This document shows, one piece after another, positions 28,251 to 41,590 of a stretch of DNA of 64,000 nucleotides (the first letter of the stretch is position 1; each line of letters opens with the position of its first letter). A program made the translations under genes and the position numbers. Source of the stretch: Felis catus (Eukaryota); assembly GCF_018350175.1 (NCBI RefSeq), contig NC_058369.1:12464001-12528000 (forward strand). Direction: 5' to 3'. The notes below the pieces were generated by a model that was not told the DNA's origin, did not search any database, and saw nothing but the letters and a program-made list of their open reading frames with translations.

Positions 28251-30371
28251 CCTCCCCTGTTCACACTCTTGAGTTCTATTTCTCTCTCAAAATAAATAAA
28301 CTTTTTTTTTAAAAAAAGAACACGTACTCTATGAGTCCATTTAAATAAAATTTTAGAAAAGGCAAATTAACTTAGAGTAACAGGCTGATCAACGGGTGCT
28401 TGGGGAGACGAGGACTAGAAGGGGAAGGTGGGAGGAAGGGGGAAGAAGCAGGCAGAAACTAGGCGATGGGAATCTTAACAATCCTGACTGTAGTGATGGC
28501 TTCGCAGGTCTATATGCGCATTACAACTTATCAAACTCTATGCTTTAAATATGCACAGTTTATTATACGTCAATTCTATCTCAGTAAAGGTGTAAAAACT
28601 TTTCCAATAAAAAAGGAAAAACTCCTGGGCGCCTTGGGTGGGTCAGTCGGTTGAGCGTCCAACTCTTGATTTCGGTTCAGGTCTTGATCCCAGAGTCGTG
28701 GGATCAAGCCCCGCATCGGGATTCTCTGTCTCTCTCTCTCTCTCTCTGTCCCTCCCCACCTCTCTCTCTATTTAAAAAAAAAAAAAAAAAAAGGAAGGAA
28801 GGAAGGAAGGAAGAAAAAACTCCATAAAAAATTGGGCAAAAAATCTGAACAGACAGTTCACCAAAGAGAATATATGGACGGCAAGTAATCACATGAAATA
28901 CACCTTAAAACAACAAAATACCACTGCATATCTGTTAGAGGCTGAATCGTGTCCCCCCAGAATTCATAAGTTGAAACCCCAATCCCCAGTACCTCAGAAC
29001 GTAACCATATTTGGAGATAAGGTCTTTAAAGAGGTGATTAAGTGAAAATGAGCTCTTTGGGTGGGCCCTACTCCAATACGACTGGGGTCCTTATAAGAAG
29101 GGGGGATTAAGACACAGACACGGGCAGAGAAAAGACCATATGAGGGCCCAGGGAGAAGATGGCCATCTACAAGCAATGAAGAGGCCTCAGAAGAAAACAC
29201 ACGTTGCTGCCGATGCCTTTGTCTTGGACCCGGAGCTGTCAGAACTGTAAGAAAATGCATTTCTCTCATTCAAGCCACTCTGTCGTTATGACAGCCGTAG
29301 CAGGTTAATACGATACGGCTTAGAATGGATAAGGTAATAGCTAACAACGCCAGGTGCTGGTAAGGATTTGGAGCACCTGGAACGCTAGCCAAGTGCTGGC
29401 CGGAAACAGCCGGGTGGTCTCTTGGGAAATGAAACACCGTTGGCCATATGATGCCGCAAGTGAAACGTAAACTCGTGTTCACCCAGGAAATGTTTAAAGT
29501 GGCTGTTTTCCGAAACCGGAAACACCCCCACGTGTCCTGCAGCCGGCGAGTGGGTGAACATCACACGATGGGATACTACTCAGCGATGAAAAGGAACCGA
29601 CTGCTGATACACACAGCGATGAGGCTGAGTCTCAGAGGCATTTGGCGAGCGAATGCCGTCACCCTCGGACTACATCCTGTGTGCTCTCATTACAGGATGT
29701 GTTAGGAAGAATGGACTGATAGGGGCCGAAAACAGATCAGTGGGTGCCAGGGCTGGGGCGTAGAAGAGACCGTCTTCGAAGGGGCCGGGAGAACGGGGCG
29801 GGGGGGAGGGGGATAGGACGGTTCCGTATCTTGACCGTGGTGGGGAATCCACAACCGTCTGTCTTTGCCAAAGCTGAAAGAAAACGCAGAATCGGCCGTG
29901 TAGCTTCTCAGACCTGTCCACACCCTGGCTTTTCATCCGCGGGGCGTGTGGCCTTGGGCGAGGAGCTCCCCTTCTCTGAGCCTCAGTTTTGTCTCAGGGT
30001 GACTCGCAGGAGGGTCTGGAGCCGGATTCCCAAGGCCAGCTTTGCAATTCCCCCAGAGCACCTCTCCTTGGGCTCATCTAGCACCTGCTGGGTGTTGGTG
30101 ATAAGCCGGCTGCCCGCCAGGGAGCACCAATGTGCTAGGATCTCATTTTATGAGAGAACAAATTGTACCAAAATAGCCTCCCAGCCTATTTTGGGAAGGG
30201 GGTGGGTAGGCCACTCTCTGGCTGCGGGATGATTGGCGGGGGAGGCTGAGGCTGCCGCCCCTTGTAGGTGTAAGAACTCTCAAGCCCAGGCGCTCAAGCC
30301 CAGCCTAATTTTAGCTGCAGGAGTCATGCTCTGTGGCTTCCTGGGTCTTGGCTTCAAAGAAATGTCCTGTG

Positions 30372-30418
30372 ATTATCATCACCATCACCACCATCATCAT
30401 TATCATTATCATTATTAC
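30372..30418. repeat. Imperfect (CAT/CAC/TAT)n trinucleotide repeat
   Basis: Direct read. Confidence 0.85.
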
Positions 30419-30419
30419 T

Positions 30420-31200
30420 GTCACTATGGTAAAATACACAACATCAAGTTCTCCATCTTCACCATTTTTAAATGCGTGGTCCTGTGGCATGAAATACAGT
30501 TGCACTGCTGTACCGTCCTGTACAACCACGGCCGCCCGTCCCCAGAACCTTTTCATCTTCCCAAACCGAAACTGTCCCCTTGAACCCTACCTCCCCCTCC
30601 CCCTCCCCCTCCCCCAGCCCTTTTTTTTAAGTTCATTTGTTTATTTTGAGACAGAGAGCACGAGTGGGGAGAGGGAGAGAGGGAAAGAGAGAGAGAGAGA
30701 ATCCCAAGCAGACTCCACGCTGTCAGCGCAGAGCCCGACTCGGGGCTCGATCCCACAAACCTCGAGATCGTGGATGACCTGAGCTGAGATCAAGAGTCGG
30801 ACGCTTAACCGATGAGCCCCCCCCCCCACAGGCGCCCCCGGGTTGTTTCTGCTTTTTGGCCATTGCAGATAGTGCTGCTATAAACATGTGTTTGAACACC
30901 TGTTCTCCGTTCTTTGGGTCATACACCTGGGAGTGGAATTTCTGGGTCATAGATTTTTACAACCTAATCTTGGAAAGGACATTCCATCACCCCACCCTCC
31001 CTTCTAAGTGGCCCATTTAACCAGTTTTGACAAATGTGTACACCCACGTGATCACCCCCATAATCAAGATAGGGAACATTTTTTCCATCATCTAAAAAGT
31101 TTCCTTGTGTATTCTTTCAGCTCTATACTGAGATAAAGATCGAGAAGTAGAATTTCGGGATCATACGGTGATCACCGATGTAATCGTCTGAGGAACCACA
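30420..31200 (-). mobile_element. Antisense L1 fragments with a SINEC at 30621-30839
   Basis: ggtaaaatacacaacatcaagttctccatcttcaccatttttaaatg is a typical antisense L1 end. Confidence 0.7.
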
Positions 31201-31929
31201 TTCTATCACTTCCTTTGTCTCCTATTCTGTTCGTGAAAAGCGAATCCCAAGTCCTCTACACCCGAGGGTAGGGATTATACAAAAGTGCAAATACCGGGGA
31301 CCACCCTAGGAACCGCCCACTCTGTCATGAGCAAATCCAAGCCCAGACCGCATCTGGGAATTCCCATGAAGCGCTCACAACATGCCAAGCAAGGATTTTA
31401 CAAGCGGTTTGTTTCTGAGGTGGGTTGTTCCTCCTGTTTCATAGGAACGCTTTCGGGCTCGGTGGCAAAGTGACTTGCCCGCGGTCACGCAGAGCTCCCG
31501 GTGGGGCGGACTCAGGACCCGGGTCTATCTCATTCCAACCCCTCGGCTTTTTCTCTTGACACTTCACGTCTCTGAGTCTGTTTAGGGAAGCATAGGATGT
31601 ATGCATGGGAAGAATGTAGGAGAGTCTCTGATGTTAAGAAGGAAGGGCAAACTACCAGTAGCTAACCTGAGACACGGGCGGTTACGAGTGCACGTAGCTT
31701 GCACTTTCTGGTGGGTACCTGCCCAGAGGCATCTGGGAAAAGTCCCAGCTCAATTAGTGGAGGAAAAGAAGGTTTAATTGGGCCCACAGAAGCCAGCCAA
31801 GAGGTCAAAGCGAAGGCACAAAGATAGGATGTTGGCAGGCCTGAGAGTGAGTTCGGGTTTCGTTCCTAACTTCCCACGTGACCCTCGGTGAACCCCTCCT
31901 TGTTACATGAAAACGCTGGACTAGGTCAT

Positions 31930-32499
31930 AGGCAGGTAAACCGTGGCCCCCGGGCCAAATCTGGCCCACTGCTAGGGCTTGTAAATACAGTTTTATTGGC
32001 ATGTGGCCATACTCCTTTGTTGACATACCCTTTATGGCCTTTCCAGCTGCAACAGCAGAATTGAGTCCTTACGACAGAGACCATCTGGCCCGCACGGCTG
32101 AAAATATGGACTCTCTGATTTTTCACAGGAAAAGTTGGCCAACCCCCCTGGACTGGATGATTTTTTTTTTTTTTAAGTAAGCCCCACGTCCAGCACGGAG
32201 CCCAGTGTGGGGCTTGAACGCGTGATCCCGAGATCAAGACCTGAACTGACATTAAGAGTCAGATGCTCAACTGACTGAGCCACCCAGGTGCCCTGGATAA
32301 TTTTTTTTTTCTTTAATTTTTGAGAGACAGAGCGTGAACGGGGGAAGGGCAGAAAGCGAGGGAGACACAGACTCGGAAGCAGGCTCCAGGCTCTGAGCTG
32401 TCAGCACAGAGCCTGACGCGGGGCTCGAACTCACGAACTTCGAGATCATGACCTGAGCCGAAGTCGGGAGCTTAACCAACTGAGCCCCCCGGGTGCCCC
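31930..32499. mobile_element. MER58A-like element (~31930-32150) and two antisense SINECs (32160-32293, 32301-32499)
   Basis: ggccaaatctggcccactg...ttttcacaggaaaagttggccaacccc; SINE bodies. Confidence 0.75.
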
Positions 32500-32680
32500 A
32501 GCCACTGGATGATTTTTAATACTCTTTCTAACTCTAAAAATGTGACAATCCATGGAAGAAATGAACAAGACAATTAGGTAAAGCCGAGAGAGCTGTATCG
32601 AAGTCTGTACCACACTACAAATAAACATCTCATCATCCCCTGTGGTCACGTTTTCTCAGTAAGAGCAAACCATAATCAGG

Positions 32681-33050
32681 TGTCTTAAGTTAGGCTGCGG
32701 TAACAAATTACCACGGACTAGGGGTCTTAACAGATATCACTCATAGTTTTGGAGGCTGGGAAGTTCAAGATCAAGGTGCCGACAGGCGTGGCGTCTGGTG
32801 AGGGCTCTCTACCTGGTTTGTGGACACCCACTTTCTCCTTGTGTCCTCACACGGTGGGGAGCAGAGAGATCCTGTGTCTTCTCCTCTTTGTCTAAGGGCA
32901 TTAATCTCATCATGAGGGCTCTACTCTCAGGATCTAATCTAACCCTAATCACCTCCCGAAGGCCCCACCTCCAGATACCATTACATTGGGAATTAGGATG
33001 TCAACATATGTATTTTTGGTGGGGCGGGGGGACACAAATATTGAATCTAT
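32681..33050 (-). mobile_element. MaLR (MLT1A-like) solo LTR
   Basis: tgtcttaagttaggctgcggtaacaaattaccac...ggaggctgggaagttcaagatcaaggtgcc... Confidence 0.75.
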
Positions 33051-34309
33051 AAATCAGAAGGAAGTGCCATGGGGGGATTCAGAGGGATCACAGAGGGTGA
33101 AGGAGGGCTTCCTGGAGGAGAGAGATTTGTCTGGGGCCTTAAAATACCCAGGGAGGGTTAAAAGATGTCAGGAAAAGTGTTCCAGATGGAGACCACAGCA
33201 CAGACGTAGGCTGGGGTGTGGGAGCGTTTGGAAAACACGTACCCCAGGAATCTCTGGCTGGACTGGTTGAGAAGATACGCATGCTCCCCTGCCCCGCCAG
33301 GTGTTGTAGATTCCCTCCTGGCTGACCCATCCCCCATTGTGTTTGTGGTCTAGCATCTCACTGCGATTATCCCTTCCGTGGGTTACACGAGAGCCCTCTA
33401 GGATGTGCCTCTGCTGCCGAAAATGTTAGGAAATGGTTACTAAAAAGTCTTTGTGGGAGTAAGGCAGACAGACTCAGACTGGGAGAAGCAGGGCATCCTA
33501 TAAGGGCCTAGACAAGGAGCTGAAAGGTTCTGGCACTGCCCCCGTTAATCAGCTAGCTGTCGCTGCAAAATACAACACCCCAAATTGTAGCAGCTTCAAA
33601 CTACAAATACTTCCTATCTCACATGGTTTCCAAACATCAGGAATCCCAGAGTGGCTTAGCTGGGCGGATCGGGCTCAGTCTCTCTCAGAGAAGCAGCCCC
33701 TGGAAAGCCTAACTTCAGATGGCGAATGGACCTCCAAGAACATTCCTGTACCTCTTCCAGGCTCTTCGTTGGCTGATGGATACGGGCTTCCGTCGTCAAG
33801 AGAGTGCCCGAGATGGAAACCACAGTCTCGTATAACCTCCTACCACTTCTGCCCTATTCTACTGGTCACACAGACCAACCTTGGGGCAGTGTGGGAGAAG
33901 GCTCACATAAAAGTGTGCCTCAGGGAGGCGGAGATCACCAGGGGCCATCTTAGAGGCCCCATGAAAACTATGTAGCTCTGGGTATCCCCGAAGCACCCTT
34001 AGCCTCAGTTTCTCTTGCCCACCGTGGAAAAAGGCTTTGTGCGCCACTAAGCTTAAAAGATCCATACAGGCATTCCTCCTTGCAGTGTTCTTAGCTTGTT
34101 CCCTTTTATCTGAAAGCCAAAAATATACAAACCGAAGGACATATTGGTTCAGGGTACCTAATTAAGAGGTCAAACCGTCACATAAACTAAGAGATTGTGA
34201 ACACAAGATACAAGATCAAGACCGCCCTTTGTCAGCGGAGGGAGAGAGATAGCCAGGAGGGGTGCAGGGAGCTTTCAAATATTGGGAATATTCTATTTCT
34301 TAAGCTAGA

Positions 34310-34800
34310 TCAAGGTCGCCTGCTTTGGCATGACCCTCGAGCTAAGAATGGATTCACATTTTTTTTAAACAGTTGGGGGGGGGGAGGAAGACTGTTTCAT
34401 GATATGTGAAAATTCTTTGCAATTCAAATTTCAGTGTCCAGAAATAGTCTTACTGGCACACGTTTGTGCCCATTTGTTTAGGTATCGTCTGTGGCTGAGC
34501 CAGAGACGATCTGAATTGCAAAGCTGAAGATATTTACTATCTGGCCCTTTATAGAAAAAGTCTGTGGGGCACCTAGGTGGCTCAGTTGGTTGAGCGTCCC
34601 ACTTTGGCTCAGGTCACGATCTCTTGGTTCGTGAGTTCAAGCCCCACATCCGGCTCTGTGCTGCTGGCTCAGAGCCTGGAGCCTACTTCCGATTCTGTGT
34701 CTCCCTCTCTCTCTGCCCCTCCCCTGCTGGTACTCTGTCTCTCAAAAATAAATAAACGTTAAAAAAATTTTTTTTTTGTTTAAAAGAAAAAGTTTGCTAG
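34310..34800 (+). mobile_element. MER58B-like element with a SINEC at 34566-34790
   Basis: gagctaagaatggattcacattttt...atatttactatctggccctttatagaaaaagt. Confidence 0.7.
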
Positions 34801-35329
34801 ATGGTGGGTCCGTGGGTATCTATTTTGTTATTTCCCGTAGTCTATATCTGAATTTGTTATATGTAATATTGAACCTCTTCGAATGATTCGCAATTCCTAG
34901 AATACAGCACGTTCTCTCGTCCCTGGGCATTTGCATGTGTGATCATCTTCAAGGGAGGATCCTTCTTCCAGCTTCTGGTGGCTCCATCACTCCAATCTCT
35001 GCCTTCATTGTCACGTAGCCTTTTCCTCCTCTCTGTCCACGCCTCCTCTTATACTGGATGCTTGTCGTTGGGTTTAGAGCCCATCCAGGTAATCCAAAAC
35101 GATCTCATCTTGAGATCCTTAACTTAATCACACTTGCAAAGACTCTTTTCCAAAAAAGATCGCACTAGCAGTCTCTAGGGGTTAGGACCTGACTATATCT
35201 TTTTGGCAGCCACCATTCAGCCCCCAACAGTTGGCTACCCTAATAGCTATCAGTCTGTGTGGCACTCTGAGTGGACCTTCTACATTAATTGTAACATCAT
35301 GCATTGGTCGTCGGGAAAATATTAGTTCA

Positions 35330-35730
35330 CGGGTTATGAAGAGGCTTTCGGATTTCATTATTCAATATCAGAAAGTCCCATTCGTTAATATCACTGCCAA
35401 TATTATCAGAAAAGCCTTTCTTTAAGTATCAGAAAGCAGTTAAGATCACGGCGACAGATGCAGGTTTTCCAAAATTCTTATTTTCCTTAGAAAGCTTGAA
35501 TTCTATCATTGGCAACAGAACTGAGTTGTTTTCCTTGGAGTGACAGCCTCATTTTGTTCATTTTTAAGGAAACGTCTGCCAAACAGCCAAGTCTGAATCA
35601 TGGTTGGTCAGATATTTCAAATGAAAATGATGTTCCCTGAAAAAAGACCCCAACATTCATTCGTTCCATTGCTCTTCCTTGGAGATGGCCATCGAACTTA
35701 ACTCTCAGAAGGGCTTTATATACACTCGCC
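35330..35730. mobile_element. Charlie1-like hAT transposase remnant
   Basis: ttcattattcaatatcagaaagtcccattcgttaatatcact...gttttccaaaattctt...ttgttttccttggagtgacagcctc resembles recalled Charlie1 internal sequence. Confidence 0.6.
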
Positions 35731-35732
35731 CC

Positions 35733-36720
35733 TTATGGTAGAAACTGTGTCCCCCTAAAAGGTATGTTCAAGTCCCAACAATCTTCAGTACTTAGGAGTG
35801 TGACTTTATTTAGAGACTGGGTCTTGGCACGTGACGTCAAGTTAGGATGAGACCACCAGGCTGCGCCCTAATCCAATATAACTGATATCTGGGATCCTCG
35901 CCTAGAGCCTTCAGAGGGAGCGTGGCCATGCTGGCAATTTCATTTCAATTTCTGGCCTCCAGAACTGTGAGAGAATCCATCTCGATTGATTTAAGGCACT
36001 CTTTCGTGGGACTTTGTTATGACAGCCCCAGGAAGCCAACCCACCAGCCATGATGTGACCTGGTATTCAGCCAGCTCTGTGTCTCAGTCTGCTTGGGATG
36101 CTATAACAAAATACCAAAGGCTGGGCGGCTTAAACAAAAGACATTTATTTCTCACAGTGTGGAGGCTGGAAGTCCAAGGTCAAGGTGCCGGTAGATTTGG
36201 GATCTTGTCAAGGCTCAATTCCTTGCTTATAGTCACCTTCTCACATGGCTTCTCCTCTCTGTTTTCCTCTTCTTATAAGGACTCTAATCTTAAGAAGATG
36301 GCCCCACCCTCTTGACCCAATAATCTAAATCACCTCCCAAAGGCCCTATTTCCAAATATCGTCACCGTGATGGTTACTTTTAGGTATCAGCTTGACTGGG
36401 CTAAGGGATTCGCAGATAGCTGGTCAAATATGATTTCTGGGGGTGTCTGGGATGGTATCTCTGGAAGAGATTAGCATTTGCGTTGGTGAACTGAGTCAGG
36501 CAGATGATCCTCCCCAGTGCCCGGTGAGCGGACATCATCCAATCTGTCAAGGGCCCTAATAGAACCAAAAGGAAGGACAAATCCCCTCTCTTTGTTGGAG
36601 TCAAGATGTATATACATCTTCTGCCCTTGGACATTGGCGCTCCTGGTCCTTGGGCTTCCGGACTCAGATTGGAACTTACACCTTCAGCCCCCTGATTCTC
36701 AGGTCTCAGGACTCACACGG
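35733..36720. mobile_element. LTR stack: MLT1 (~35733-36045 +), MLT1A-like (~36078-36365 -), MLT2/ERVL (~36366-36720 +)
   Basis: MLT2 start gtgatggttacttttaggtatcagcttgactgggctaaggga; MLT1 motifs tccagaactgtgagagaat. Confidence 0.7.
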
Positions 36721-37136
36721 AATAGGAGATCGGATAAATAAATTACAGCCCATCCACTCAGTAGAATTCTAGGTAGCCATTAAAATGAATGAACTAGATC
36801 TCCAGGAGACTGCCATGAAAAAGTGTCTGTGTTGTATTATTATGTGACAAAGGCAAGGAGCCAAAGACAGTGTTAAAACAGAAAAAAAAACGTTTTCCCC
36901 ACATTTGTTTATGTGTGCATAATAAAAGGACTGTTCATAGTGGTGATCTGTTGAAGGATCTCTGGGTTTCCATGGAGATGGTGGGTCTCCTTTGCTGGGA
37001 ATCCTGGATCCAGGTGGGGTGTGGGGGGCAGTTGTCACGGTTTTGTTTAATGATATGGTGGCCGTGAAAAAAATCCCAACAGGGAGCCATATGGCCAACT
37101 TCATTCTTTAACAACCAGGTGTGAGTAAAACCCACT

Positions 37137-38005
37137 GTTGTGGCTTGAATTACATCTCCCCAAAGTTCATAGGATGAAATCCTAACCCCAGTACTGCAGA
37201 ACGTGCCCTTATTTGGAGAGAGAGCCTTTAAAGAGATGATCAAATTCAGGGGTGCCTGGGTGGCTCAGTCGGTGAAGCATCTGACTTTGGCTCAGGTCAC
37301 GATCTCACGGTTTGTGGGTTCGAGCCCCACGTCGGGCTCTGTGCTGACAGCTCGGAGCCTGGAGCCTGCTTCCGATTCTGTGTCTCCCTCTCTCTGCCCC
37401 TCCCCTGCTCACACTGTGTCTCTCTCTCTCAGAAATAAACATTAAAAAAAAATTAAAGGCAAAGACTTTTGTTCGTGCATCTTTCAGATTTTTTTAATTA
37501 TAAAAATAATACAGTCTGGTTGTTAAAAATGGAAACTACAGAGACGTGCATAAAGAAAAAAAGAGAGAGAGGGATAAAAAGAGACTTAACTCTTCTCACC
37601 TACAACCCACCTCCCAAAGGTAGTCACTCTGAACAGTCCTTTTAATCTGTACATGTAAACACTCAGAAAGTGACAGGTGTGCTTGCCATATTCTCTTCTG
37701 TATGCAGGTGAGTGTCTCTTTAGTAACATAATTATACCTTTGGCTTTTCCTTAGATGGTTGAATCTCAGAGTATTGTCTAACTTTGAGCTGCTTTAAAAA
37801 ATTTTTTTAATGTTTATATATTTTTTTGAGAGACAGAGAGAGCGCTAGTGGGGGAAGGGCAGAGAGAGAAAGAGAGACAGAGAATCCAAAGCAGGTTCTA
37901 CACCGTCAGTACAAAGCTCCATGTGGGGCTCGAACTCACGAACTGTGAGATCATGACCCGAGCCAAAGTTGGAAACTCAACCAACTGAGCCACCCAGGTG
38001 CCCCT
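37137..38005. mobile_element. MLT1 5' fragment (~37137-37245), SINEC + (37248-37457), SINEC - (37795-38005)
   Basis: Recognisable LTR start tgttgtggcttgaat and SINE bodies. Confidence 0.8.
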
Positions 38006-38440
38006 TGACTTTGAGCTTCTTAGCCAGGACCTCACTGGCCCTGCTCCAATCGAGGGCAGGAGGAATTAGGAGTTCTACAGACTGCCTGGGACTGCAGGCA
38101 AAATTATGTGTACACATCATTTTCTAGGAGGGGGTCCAGAACTGTCATCGAGGAGGTTAAAAGTGTGGTCTGCAACCCTTGAGAAACTTACCGAACCAGT
38201 GGGCAAAAATGAGGTCAATTGTCGATTTCCATTGGGCAGTTATTCTGAACCCTCCTGTAATTCGAAATACAGATGATAAGGGGACCTGGGTTCAAACACC
38301 CCCCCCCCCCCAGTTACTGCACACAGTTACTAGCTGTGTGACCAGGGGCCTCAGCTTCCACTGTAATAATTTTTTTTCCTATTTAAATCCATTTTTTTTA
38401 ATTGAGGTAAAATTCACATAACAGAAAAGAAATAACTTTA

Positions 38441-39055
38441 GGGGCACCTGGCTGGCTCAGTTGGTGGAGTGTGCGATTCTTTAAAAAATTCTTTTAACAT
38501 TTATTTATTTATTTATTTATTTATTATTTTTTTCAATGTTTATTTATTTTTGAGACAGAGAGAGAGATAGAGCATGAATGGGGGAGGGTCAGAGAGAGAG
38601 GGAGACACAGAATCCGAAGCAGGCTCCAGGCTCTGAGCTGTCAGCACAGAGCCCAACGCGGGGCTCGAACCCACGGACCGTGAGATCATGACCTGAGCCG
38701 AGGTCGGACGCTCAACCGACTGAGCCACCCAGGCGCCCCACGTTTATTTATTTTTAAGAGACAGGGAGAAACAGATCACAAGCGGGGGAGGGACAGAGAG
38801 AGAAGGAGACACAGAATCCGAAGCAGCCTCCAGGCTCTGAGCTGTCAGCACAGAGCCCGACGCGGGGCGTGATCGTGACCTGAGCTGAGGTCGGACGCTT
38901 AACCGACTTGAGCCACCCAGGCGCCCGTCTTTTTTTTTGTTGTTTTTTTTTTTAAATTTTGAGTGTGCGATTCTTGATCTCTGGGTTGTGAGTTCGAGCT
39001 CCACGTTGGGTATGGAGATTGCTTACAAAGAAAAATCTTAAAAATAAATAAATAA
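38441..39055. mobile_element. Nested SINEs: sense SINEC split by two antisense SINEC_Fc copies
   Basis: TSD gagtgtgcgattctt at 38467-38481 and 38961-38975. Confidence 0.85.
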
Positions 39056-39059
39056 TTGC

Positions 39060-39625
39060 AAAGTGCACGATTCGGCAGCATTTCATATGCTCACCATGTC
39101 GGGCAGCTATCATTTCTATCTAGTTCCAGAACGTGTCCATCACCCCAAACGCTACGCGGCCCTTTGCCACTGGCGTCTGTCACTCAGCGTAATGTCTTCT
39201 AGCTTCTTCCACGCGGTAGCACGTGTCAGTGTTTCCTTCCTTTCTCCGGCAGGGTAACATTTCATTGTGTGGATTTATCACATTTTGTCTATCCGTTTGC
39301 CTTTGGAGGGACATTTGGGGTGTCTGTATATTTGGCTGTTTTGATGAGCGCTGCTCTGAACCTCCTTGTACAGGATTTGTCTGAACGCCTGCGTTCACTT
39401 CCCTTGGGTCTCTACCTAGGAATGGGAATGCCAGATCACATGGTCATTCCGCGTTTAACTTTCCAAGGAAATGCCAAGCTGTTTCCCACAGCTGCTGCAT
39501 CCTTTTACGTTCCCACCAGTAGTGCATGAGGGTTCCAACTCTTCCGCAGCCTTGCCAATACTTGTTATTTTCTTTGTTGATTATCGATGACCTAGTCGGT
39601 GCGAGGTCGTATCTTGCTGTACATA
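39060..39625 (-). mobile_element. L1 3' fragment (antisense)
   Basis: gtttcccacagctgctgcatccttttacgttcccaccagtagtgcatgagggttccaact. Confidence 0.8.
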
Positions 39626-39696
39626 ATATTTTCAAGTAGTATTTTATAAAAACAAAGTCCATGCAAAAGATCTGTGCTTGAACAAATCATCAAAAT

Positions 39697-41590
39697 CTTT
39701 TTATTTTTTGTTTTATTTTTTATTTTTTATTGTAGCACAGGCTCCTTGCTGCCTGTGCAGAACCTGACGAGGGGCTCCAACTCAGAAACTGTGAGACGGT
39801 GACCCAAGCCAAAATCAAGAGTCTGACGCTTAACTGACTGAGCCATCCAGGCGTCCCACGAATCATCAAAACTTAATGAAAATAGGATCCAACCCTGCAT
39901 TTACATACTCACCTCACTTGCCTCACTCTGTTTTAAATTGTGATATTTCAGGGTGCCTGGGTGGCTCAGTCAGTTAAGCAACTGACTTTTTAGCTCAGGT
40001 CATGATCTCCCAGTTGGTGAGTTCAAGCCCCACATCCGGCTCTCTGTTGTCAGTCCACAGCCTGCTTTGCACCTTCTGTCTCCTCCTCTCTCTGCACCAC
40101 CCCCTCTCTTTGTTGCTGTCTCTCAAAAACAAATAAAAAGTTGTCTAAAAAGGTAAAACAAAATTGTGAGATTTCATTCATTGTGGATTTTGTTGCCTCG
40201 ATTTTATTTTTTCGATATTGCTTTAAAATTTTACTTACACTTTTGTCACCATAAAAAATGACAAAATATTATTTATTTGTATTGCTTTTTTTTGTGCCCT
40301 CCCCCCAAAACGCTGCACCCCAGACCAGCCAACACGTCTCCTGCTTCCTCCTCATTCCGTTCTGCCCTGCATTCCAGCGGCTTCTGCCCGTTCCGCGGCA
40401 ACTCCCGCGCTGACCTCCAGGGGGCGCAGCTTCCCCGCGCGTCCTTGGCCAAGGCATCTCCTTCCAGGCCGAGAGTTTGAGCTGATTTATTAACATCTCC
40501 CGGCTCCGTACCTCTTCCTTAAGGTGGGAATGATATCGTTAGGCAAAGAAGGTATGAAAATGCCCTCGCTTATGGCTCAGCCCCTACCCAACACATAATA
40601 TCCAACACAATTGTAATCATTTTTTTGTTTTTGTTTATTTTCATTTATTCTGAGAGAGACTAAGTGTGAGCAGGGGAGGAGCAGAGAGAGAGGGAGAGAA
40701 AGAATCCCAAGCAGCGTCCGCACTCAGTGCAGAGCCCGATGCAGGGCTGGGACTCACCAACTGTGAGACCCCCACTCCAACCGAAATCAAGAGTCGGCTG
40801 CTCAACCAACTTAGCCCCCCGGGCACCCCACATAATGGTAATTATAACTTTTCCCTAAGAACAGGTATGGAAGAATATGTTACACTTTTACTGCACAGAA
40901 TTTCAAACCCCAAAATAGACATAATGGTATCATGAACCGAGAGCCCCAGATCCAACTCCTATCACCCCCTGGCCAACCCCACCCCATCCACCTTTTCATC
41001 TGGGATTATTATTTCAAAATTAATCCCAGTCATTCTAGAAATCTTACTGTTCTATAAAATATTTTATTGCGCATCTCCAAAAGATAAAGACATTCTTTTT
41101 TTAAAAAACACCTTATACCATGATACCATTAGTTCAGTTTAAAAATGTTGCCAAGGGGTGTCTGGGTGGTTCAGTTGGTTAAGCAGCTGACTCTTGGTTC
41201 CGGCTCAGGTCATGATCTCCGAGTTCGTGAGTTCAAGCCCCGTGTCGGGCTCTGTGCCGACAGCTCGGAGCCTGGATCCTGCTTTGGATTCTGTGTCCCG
41301 CTTTCTCTCTGCTCCTCCCCCATTCATGCTCTGTCTCTCTCTCTCTCTCTCTCTGTGTCAAAAATAAATATTGAAAAAAAAATAAAACTGGGGCACCTGG
41401 GTGGCTCAGTCGGTTAAGCTTCCAACTTTGGCTCAGGTCATGATCTCATGGTCTCGATCGTGAGTTCGAGCCCCGCGTTGGGCTCTGTGCTGACACCCTG
41501 CTTTGGATTCTGTGACTCCCTCTCTCTCTGTCCCTTCCCCTTCTTCTCTCTCTCAAAAATAAATACACATTAAAAAATAACGTAAAAAAA
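39697..41590. mobile_element. SINEC copies at 39697-39856 -, 39951-40165 +, 40620-40829 -, 41155-41388 +, 41390-41590 +
   Basis: SINE heads, CT tracts and A tails. Confidence 0.85.
40411..40429 (+). promoter_or_regulatory. CTCF-like binding motif
   Basis: TGACCTCCAGGGGGCGCAG versus consensus TGGCCACCAGGGGGCGCTA, in a CpG-retaining unique patch. Confidence 0.65.

Larger units (their letters stand above)
27250..29910 (+). mobile_element. Fragmented old L1 3' regions with SINECs (27531-27790, 28074-28318, 28627-28815) and an MLT1 LTR (~28933-29310)
   Basis: L1 motifs (atatccagaatatataaagaattctc, gaggatgtgtggagcaa); MaLR LTR tgttagaggctgaatcgtgtcccc...tgttatgacagcc. Confidence 0.75.

Noticed and set aside
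30233..30782. ORFs with poly-His and poly-Ile runs
   Set aside because: Translations of a (CAT)n microsatellite plus L1 and SINE sequence.
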